Source: Moraxella nasicaprae (GTDB taxonomy: Bacteria; Pseudomonadota; Gammaproteobacteria; Pseudomonadales; Moraxellaceae). From it: a DNA stretch of 32,000 nucleotides. The stretch lies in the NCBI RefSeq assembly GCF_025643275.1, contig NZ_CP089977.1, positions 2,074,667-2,106,666 on the forward strand, given 5' to 3'. The position numbers and the translations under genes are program-made. The first letter of the stretch is position 1, and each line of letters begins with the position of its first letter. Positions 26,383 to 32,000 of this stretch are shown here, in pieces. Under the pieces are notes generated by a model. That model was not told the origin of the DNA and did no database searches. It worked only from the letters and a program-made list of their open reading frames with translations.

Positions 26383-28260
26383 ATGCATTATCCCGCTTGG
26401 AAATATGTGCTGATTGCTCTTGTGTTGTTCATCGCAGGCATTTATGCACTACCAAATCTCTATCCTGATGAACCTGCGGTACAAATCACGGGTGCTAGTG
26501 CAGGTACACAGCTGACTGAGGAGGTCTTAACTCAGGCTCAATCAGCATTAAGCGAGGCAGGACTTGACCATCATGATGGTAGTTTTGCCAATAATAGTGC
26601 CTTAGTCCGCTTAAATAATTCCGAAGACCAGCTAAAAGCCCAAGAAGTTCTACGCCGTAAATTGGGCGAAAACTATGTGGTTGCTCTCAACCTTGCCCAA
26701 ACCACGCCAGAATGGCTGACCAAAATCGGTGCAAAACCAATGAAACTGGGTCTAGACTTGCGTGGCGGTGTGCGTTTTGTGCTTGAAGTGGACATGGACA
26801 AGGCATTGGAACAACGCCTAAGCACTGCCAGCCAAGATGTTCGCCGAGCTTTGCGTGCTGAGCAGATTCCTGTGCAGTCAATGCGTACCACCAAACAAGG
26901 CTTGATGCTGACCTTTGGCAGCAATGAGCAACGCAATCAGGCTCAAACTGTTCTACAAAAAAACATGGGTCTTGATTTTGCTTTGCGTCCGCTCATGGAT
27001 ACACAAGGCCCTGCCCTTGAAATGGTATATACCGAAGCCAAACTTGCTGAGATTAACGAATATGCCGTCAGCCAAAACTTGACCACCTTGCGTAATCGTA
27101 TCAATGAGCTTGGTGTGGCAGAGGCATTGGTTCAATCACAAGGTTCAAACCGCATCGTGGTTGAGTTACCTGGCGTCCAAGACACCGCCGAAGCTAAGCG
27201 TGTGCTTGGTCGTACTGCCAACCTAGAATTTCGTATGGTGAGCGAAGAAGCTGCCAATTATACAGGCGGCATTCCACCTGCTGGTACGGAGGCTTTCCCG
27301 TTTGGTACCACAGACGGCCCTGCGGTTTTGCTTGACAAACAAGCCATCGTAACAGGCGAAAAAGTACAAGGTGCACAGCCAGGCGTGGGTGAAGATGGTC
27401 GTTCGGAGGTTTCTATCACGCTAGATACCGCAGGCGGTCGTTTGATGCAAAATGCCACTCGTACAGCCGTAGGCAAACAAATGGCGGTCTTGTTTATTGA
27501 GCATAAACAAAAAATCAGTTATGAGCCAGACCCAGCCACAGGCGAGCTGGTCGAAAAACGCACCCCCTACTCTGAAATGCGTGTCATCAACCGAGCCACC
27601 ATTCAAGCGGTGCTGGGTTCGTCATTCCGCATCACAGGTCTTGACAGTGAGGCAGAAGCGTCTGAGCTTGCCCTATTGCTTCGTTCAGGAGCATTGGCAG
27701 CACCGATGTACTTTGTTGAAGAACGCACCATTGGTCCATCATTGGGTCAAGAAAACATTGATAAAGGTATTTTCTCAACGCAAGTTGGCTATCTGCTGGT
27801 GTTTTTGTGGATGATTATCTTCTATCGTGCTTTTGGTGTGATTGCTAATATTGCATTGGCATTCAATGTCATCATCATGGTGGCAATCATGTCAATCATT
27901 GGCTCATCATTGACCCTGCCTGGTATTGCAGGTATTGTTTTGACCATCGGTATGGCGGTCGATGCCAATGTGCTGATTTTTGAACGCATTCGTGAAGAAC
28001 TTGCCAATGGTGCTCGTGCCAAAGGTGCGATTGTGGCAGGCTTTGATCGTGCATTTAGCAGTATTTTTGATGCCAACATCACCACGCTGTTGGTGGCGTT
28101 TATTTTATTTGCCATCGGTACAGGTCCGATTAAGGGCTTTGCCATCACTTTGGCAATCGGTATCGTAACTTCGCTATTTACTGCCATTTTGGTGACTCGT
28201 GCCATGATTCAAATTTGGTACGGTAAGCGTAAAAATTTAACCAAACTAAGTATCGGTTAG
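26383..28260 (+). CDS. secD: Protein translocase subunit SecD
   Basis: 625 aa. LGLDLRGGVRF, a large periplasmic domain and six C-terminal TM segments. Confidence 0.9.
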   Translation: MHYPAWKYVLIALVLFIAGIYALPNLYPDEPAVQITGASAGTQLTEEVLTQAQSALSEAGLDHHDGSFANNSALVRLNNSEDQLKAQEVLRRKLGENYVVALNLAQTTPEWLTKIGAKPMKLGLDLRGGVRFVLEVDMDKALEQRLSTASQDVRRALRAEQIPVQSMRTTKQGLMLTFGSNEQRNQAQTVLQKNMGLDFALRPLMDTQGPALEMVYTEAKLAEINEYAVSQNLTTLRNRINELGVAEALVQSQGSNRIVVELPGVQDTAEAKRVLGRTANLEFRMVSEEAANYTGGIPPAGTEAFPFGTTDGPAVLLDKQAIVTGEKVQGAQPGVGEDGRSEVSITLDTAGGRLMQNATRTAVGKQMAVLFIEHKQKISYEPDPATGELVEKRTPYSEMRVINRATIQAVLGSSFRITGLDSEAEASELALLLRSGALAAPMYFVEERTIGPSLGQENIDKGIFSTQVGYLLVFLWMIIFYRAFGVIANIALAFNVIIMVAIMSIIGSSLTLPGIAGIVLTIGMAVDANVLIFERIREELANGARAKGAIVAGFDRAFSSIFDANITTLLVAFILFAIGTGPIKGFAITLAIGIVTSLFTAILVTRAMIQIWYGKRKNLTKLSIG

Positions 28261-28269
28261 GAGTTTATT

Positions 28270-29400
28270 ATGAGTTCTGAAAATCACCCAATCGATGCCA
28301 ATGCAGCTGACCGCCCTACTCGCCGCCGCACGCCACGCCGTGACGGTAAAGGAGCAAATGCCAGTGCCAACCAACATCTGGCTGACCAAAGTATCATCGC
28401 CCAAGCGGACGAATTTGCCGAAAAAGAAGGCGGTGTCAAGCTGATTGCCAATCAAAAAATCTTAGGCTTTATGAAAATTGAAAAGCCGATGATGATTTTG
28501 TCGCTGATTTTGGTCATTGGTAGTTTGATTGCTATTTTTACCAAAGGTCTTAATCTGGGTCTGGATTTTACGGGCGGTGTTTCTGCTAATGTCATCTATC
28601 AAGAACCTGCCAAACAAACCGAGGTCATCGGTGCGTTAAGTCAGGCTGGTTTTCATGATGCGGTGGTGCAATATCTAGGCACAAACCAAGAGTTGCTCAT
28701 TCGTTTACCACCCCAAGATGGCAATGCTGAGAGTTTGACTCCGCTACTGGATAAGGCATTGGACTTGCCAAACAACACCGCAACGGTTGATAGCATCAGC
28801 ATCGTTGGCTCGCAAGTGGGTAATGAAATTTACCTAAATTCTCTGCTGGCTTTGGCGGTGGCACTGGGCATGATGTTGCTGTATGTGGGTACTCGCTTCC
28901 AGTTCAAGCTGTCTTTGGGTGCAGTTTTGGCACTGTTTCACGATGTCATCATTGTGGTCGGTGCATTTGCCCTATTCCAATGGCCGTTTGACTTGACGGT
29001 ATTGGCGGCAGTATTGGCGTTGATTGGTTATTCGATTAACGATACGATTGTGGTGTATGACCGTATTCGTGAAAATTTCCGCCGTGTGCGTGGTCTTAGC
29101 CCAACACAGGTGCTTGATTTATCTTTGACTGAGACGCTACGCCGTACTTTCATGACGGTGGGAACAGTATTTGTGGTTGTGATTGCAATGCTATTTTTGG
29201 GTGGCGAAGGTCTGTACTGGTTCTCTGTTGCCCTATTCATCGGTCTGATTGCAGGTACTTATTCATCGGTCTATATCGCCAGCTCCATTCCGCTTCGTTT
29301 GGGACTGTCTCGTGAGGATTTCATCGTGCGTGTTAAGCCTGAGTTTGAAGAAGAGATGGTGGTGTTTGCCGATCCAGAGCTTCAAAATAGCAAGGACTGA
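28270..29400 (+). CDS. secF: Protein translocase subunit SecF (with an Arg-rich N-terminal extension)
   Basis: LNLGLDFTGG, C-terminal TM bundle and IGYSINDTIVVYDRIREN. A strong taggag RBS precedes ATG 28270. Confidence 0.85.
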   Translation: MSSENHPIDANAADRPTRRRTPRRDGKGANASANQHLADQSIIAQADEFAEKEGGVKLIANQKILGFMKIEKPMMILSLILVIGSLIAIFTKGLNLGLDFTGGVSANVIYQEPAKQTEVIGALSQAGFHDAVVQYLGTNQELLIRLPPQDGNAESLTPLLDKALDLPNNTATVDSISIVGSQVGNEIYLNSLLALAVALGMMLLYVGTRFQFKLSLGAVLALFHDVIIVVGAFALFQWPFDLTVLAAVLALIGYSINDTIVVYDRIRENFRRVRGLSPTQVLDLSLTETLRRTFMTVGTVFVVVIAMLFLGGEGLYWFSVALFIGLIAGTYSSVYIASSIPLRLGLSREDFIVRVKPEFEEEMVVFADPELQNSKD

Positions 29401-29407
29401 CCCTAAG

Positions 29408-30760
29408 ATGAATATGCTTTCATCACACAATACGCCTAAAATTACTTTTAGGCGTATTTTTATCATCGCCATTCCTGTATTGCTTGCTAATCTGGCGATG
29501 CCCATACAAGGACTGGTGGACACCGCCATCATTGCCCAAATGGGTCAAGCCGCCTCTTTGGCTGGGCTTGGCATTGCGGTGCAGATGATGACGGTGCTAT
29601 TGGCAAGTTTTAATTTTTTACAATACGCCAGTTCAGGCTTGACAGCACAACATCTGGGAGCGACTGGCTTGACCAGTGGCATATTAGCAATAGCGTGGCG
29701 TGCATGGCTGATTGCTGCCTTCATTGCCATCATGTTGTGGCTGGCACAGATTCCTTTGGTGCAGCTCGGCTTGACGCTATTTTCTGCCAGTCAGACCGCC
29801 AGCGACATTGCCAAAGAGTATCTTGGCATACGATTTTTTGGGGTGTTTGCTGAACTTGCCAATTATGTATTTGTTGGTGTGCTGGCGGGCATGGGGCGAA
29901 CTCGCCAACTGCTACTATTACAAAGCACCATCGCCCTGCTAAATATCGTCATCAGTATTTTATTGGTGAAATTTGCCCACTTGGGTGTGGCAGGTGTGGC
30001 ATGGGGAACGGTGCTTGCTCAATGGCTTGGCGTGCTGATGGGGCTGTTTGTTTTTGCCAACAGTTTGGGCATATCCATCAAGAAGATTTGGCAAATAAAC
30101 ATGCAAGCCTTTGAAAAATCAAAACTATTTTCCCTGCTACGCCTAAATAAAGACATTTTTATTCGCACCATTTTATTGACGCTCAGTTTTGCTTGGCTGA
30201 CTAAGCTTGGGGCAATGCATGGCGATGCTGCGTTGTCTGCCAACATCATTTTGCTACAAATATTAAGCCTATCAGCATACGCACTTGATGGGCTGGCGGT
30301 GGCGGCAGAAACCCTGTGTGGTCAAGCCTTTGGGCAAAAAAACCGCTCATTATTTTTGCTGGCATTCAGACGAACAGGCATCAGCATCATGGCGATTGCT
30401 GCATTATTATCTGTTGGCTGGCTCTTGGCAATGCCAAGTTATCTTGATATGATGGCAAAAGACCCAGTCGTCCATGCCATCGCCACACGCCATTCGTTAT
30501 TTGCTAGCCTATTGCCCATCGTGGGAGCATTGGCATATTGGATTGATGGTGTGTATTTTGGTATGACCGCAGGCAAACAAATCCGTCAAGCCGCCATGAT
30601 TGTTGCCGTCATTTATTTTTTGGCGAGTGTGATTTTGCACACCAATTTTGGTATGATTGGGATTTGGTTGTCGGTACTTTTGTTATTGGCATTACGCTTT
30701 GTGGTGTTGGCGTGTTTTTTGCCAAGCACTCTTAATACTTTGGAAACCCAAGATGAATAA
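29408..30760 (+). CDS. MATE family efflux transporter (DinF-like)
   Basis: Start taken at MNMLSSHN just after the secF stop. FRRIFIIAIPVLLANLAMPIQGLVDTAIIAQMG is a typical MATE N-terminus. About 12 hydrophobic segments. Confidence 0.8.
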   Translation: MNMLSSHNTPKITFRRIFIIAIPVLLANLAMPIQGLVDTAIIAQMGQAASLAGLGIAVQMMTVLLASFNFLQYASSGLTAQHLGATGLTSGILAIAWRAWLIAAFIAIMLWLAQIPLVQLGLTLFSASQTASDIAKEYLGIRFFGVFAELANYVFVGVLAGMGRTRQLLLLQSTIALLNIVISILLVKFAHLGVAGVAWGTVLAQWLGVLMGLFVFANSLGISIKKIWQINMQAFEKSKLFSLLRLNKDIFIRTILLTLSFAWLTKLGAMHGDAALSANIILLQILSLSAYALDGLAVAAETLCGQAFGQKNRSLFLLAFRRTGISIMAIAALLSVGWLLAMPSYLDMMAKDPVVHAIATRHSLFASLLPIVGALAYWIDGVYFGMTAGKQIRQAAMIVAVIYFLASVILHTNFGMIGIWLSVLLLLALRFVVLACFLPSTLNTLETQDE

Positions 30761-31370
30761 ACTTGATTATATTGCCGTCTATTGCGGCTCAAATTTTGGC
30801 ACAACTCCCGCCTATCATCAAGCCACTCAAATACTGGGGGAGATGATGGCAAAGCGTGGTTATACGCTGGTCTATGGCGGTGGCAAGGTGGGCTTAATGG
30901 GGACGATTGCCGATGCTGTGATTGCTCATGGTGGTCGCACCATTGGTGTCATTCCAAAGTTTTTGCTTGAAAAAGAGGTGGCGCATTTGGGGCTTGATGA
31001 ACTGATTACCACGCCAGATATGCCCACTCGTAAGACCAAGATGATTGAATTGGCAGACGCTTTTATCGCATTGCCTGGTGGTATTGGTACTTATGAGGAG
31101 CTGTTTGAAGTGATTTCATTGGCTCAGCTTAGACAACACGCCAAGCCGATTGGTTTGCTAAATATTGCAGGATTTTTTGACCCATTGATACAGATGCTGA
31201 CCCAAACTGCCGAAGCTGGATTCATGCCTAAGCAAAATGTTGGCTTGGTCTGCGTGGACGATGATGTCGAGCGTTTGTTTGAAAAAATGCAACATTATCA
31301 GTTTATTGAAACTCAAAAATGGGTCAAACCTGACTGGCTTGATGAGCTAAATGTACCAAAATTCATTTAA
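30753..31370 (+). CDS. LOG family (TIGR00730-type) nucleotide phosphoribohydrolase
   Basis: Start at MNKLDYIAVYCGS, overlapping the MATE stop by 8 nt. Motifs GGGKVGLMG and PGGIGTYEELFE. Confidence 0.85.
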   Translation: MNKLDYIAVYCGSNFGTTPAYHQATQILGEMMAKRGYTLVYGGGKVGLMGTIADAVIAHGGRTIGVIPKFLLEKEVAHLGLDELITTPDMPTRKTKMIELADAFIALPGGIGTYEELFEVISLAQLRQHAKPIGLLNIAGFFDPLIQMLTQTAEAGFMPKQNVGLVCVDDDVERLFEKMQHYQFIETQKWVKPDWLDELNVPKFI

Positions 31371-31556
31371 ATAGCAACATTTGTGGCAAAATATGACAAA
31401 AAACACTTGCAATAAAATAAAACGAATGTACACTATACATAATGAAATTTTGGTATTTAAGAAATCAACTCAGCCCAGCCGATGGCAAGGTTGATTTGAT
31501 GAGCATCTTAAATAAAATTCTTTATTTTAACTTTTTTTAATTGGAAGGTGATGGCA

Positions 31557-31988
31557 ATGGACATCAAAAAAATTCGTGAACTTGTTGATTTGATGGAAGA
31601 AAAAGATTTGTTAAGTCTAGAATATGGTCAAGACGACAACTACATCAGCCTAACTCGTAATACCGCTGTACAGACCATTGCTGTGCCGCAAGCAGCACCG
31701 ATGGCAGCCGCTCCTGCTCCTGTCGCTGCCCCTGCTCCAAAAGCACCAGCGGGCAAGGTAGAGACTTCGCCAATGGTTGGGGTGTTTTATTCAGCACCTA
31801 GTCCAAATGACCCTCCATTTGTCAAAGTTGGTCAAAAGGTAGAAGCTGGTGATACACTGGGCATCATTGAGGCAATGAAAATCATGAATCCGCTAGAAGC
31901 CACCCAAAGCGGCATCATCGAAGAGATTTTGGTGAGTAATGCTGAGGTGGTTGAATTTGGTCAGCCTGTCATTCGCTATAAAGCCTAA
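31557..31988 (+). CDS. accB: Acetyl-CoA carboxylase biotin carboxyl carrier protein
   Basis: MDIKKIRELVDLMEE, a Pro/Ala-rich linker and the biotinylation motif IIEAMKIMNPLEA. The RBS ggaaggtg precedes ATG 31557. Confidence 0.9.
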   Translation: MDIKKIRELVDLMEEKDLLSLEYGQDDNYISLTRNTAVQTIAVPQAAPMAAAPAPVAAPAPKAPAGKVETSPMVGVFYSAPSPNDPPFVKVGQKVEAGDTLGIIEAMKIMNPLEATQSGIIEEILVSNAEVVEFGQPVIRYKA

Positions 31989-32000
31989 CAGGATAGTGCC

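Noticed and set aside
29249-29407. N-terminal extensions of ORF-track entries (MATE from 29249, LOG from 30657, com from 10376, gpI from 6133, 9222 ORF)
   Set aside because: The extensions overlap the preceding genes in another frame. Internal ATGs with RBS or stop-start overlap give family-typical N-termini.
1-32000. CRISPR arrays, rRNA or tRNA genes
   Set aside because: I saw no regularly spaced short repeats and no tRNA-like or rRNA-like conserved blocks. The intergenic regions are short except those discussed.

Overview
The window has three parts. (1) 1 to about 13060, + strand: the right arm of a Mu-like/P2-like myovirus prophage. It runs from a 5'-truncated tape-measure gene through GpU, X, D, V, W, J and I to a frameshifted tail fibre with an internal repeat and a fibre-assembly gene. 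A papain-like ORF and an M15 peptidase follow. A Mu-Com-like zinc-finger gene then overlaps a multiply frameshifted C5-cytosine methyltransferase, followed by a Dam-like N6-adenine methyltransferase and an acidic orphan ORF. (2) 12984 to 25468, - strand: a contact-dependent-inhibition (CdiA/filamentous-haemagglutinin type) locus built around a 4503-bp perfect direct repeat. Two cdiA genes share the same promoter, signal peptide, TPS domain and first 1457 codons, and diverge exactly after a VVRWN peptide that sits where CdiA proteins normally carry VENN. The upstream copy continues into a HINT (bacterial-intein-like) domain plus a cysteine-less HNH nuclease, followed by two AT-rich, distantly paralogous ORFs of about 290 aa in the immunity position, of a family I cannot name. 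The downstream copy has only a 58-aa tail, which appears to read across the terminus of the Mu-like prophage, so it was probably truncated by phage transposition. No TpsB/CdiB transporter gene is present in the window. (3) 25939 to 31988, + strand: housekeeping genes yajC, secD, secF, a MATE efflux gene, a LOG-family gene and accB. I found no rRNA, tRNA or CRISPR. All family assignments rest on motifs read by eye and need HMM/BLAST confirmation.
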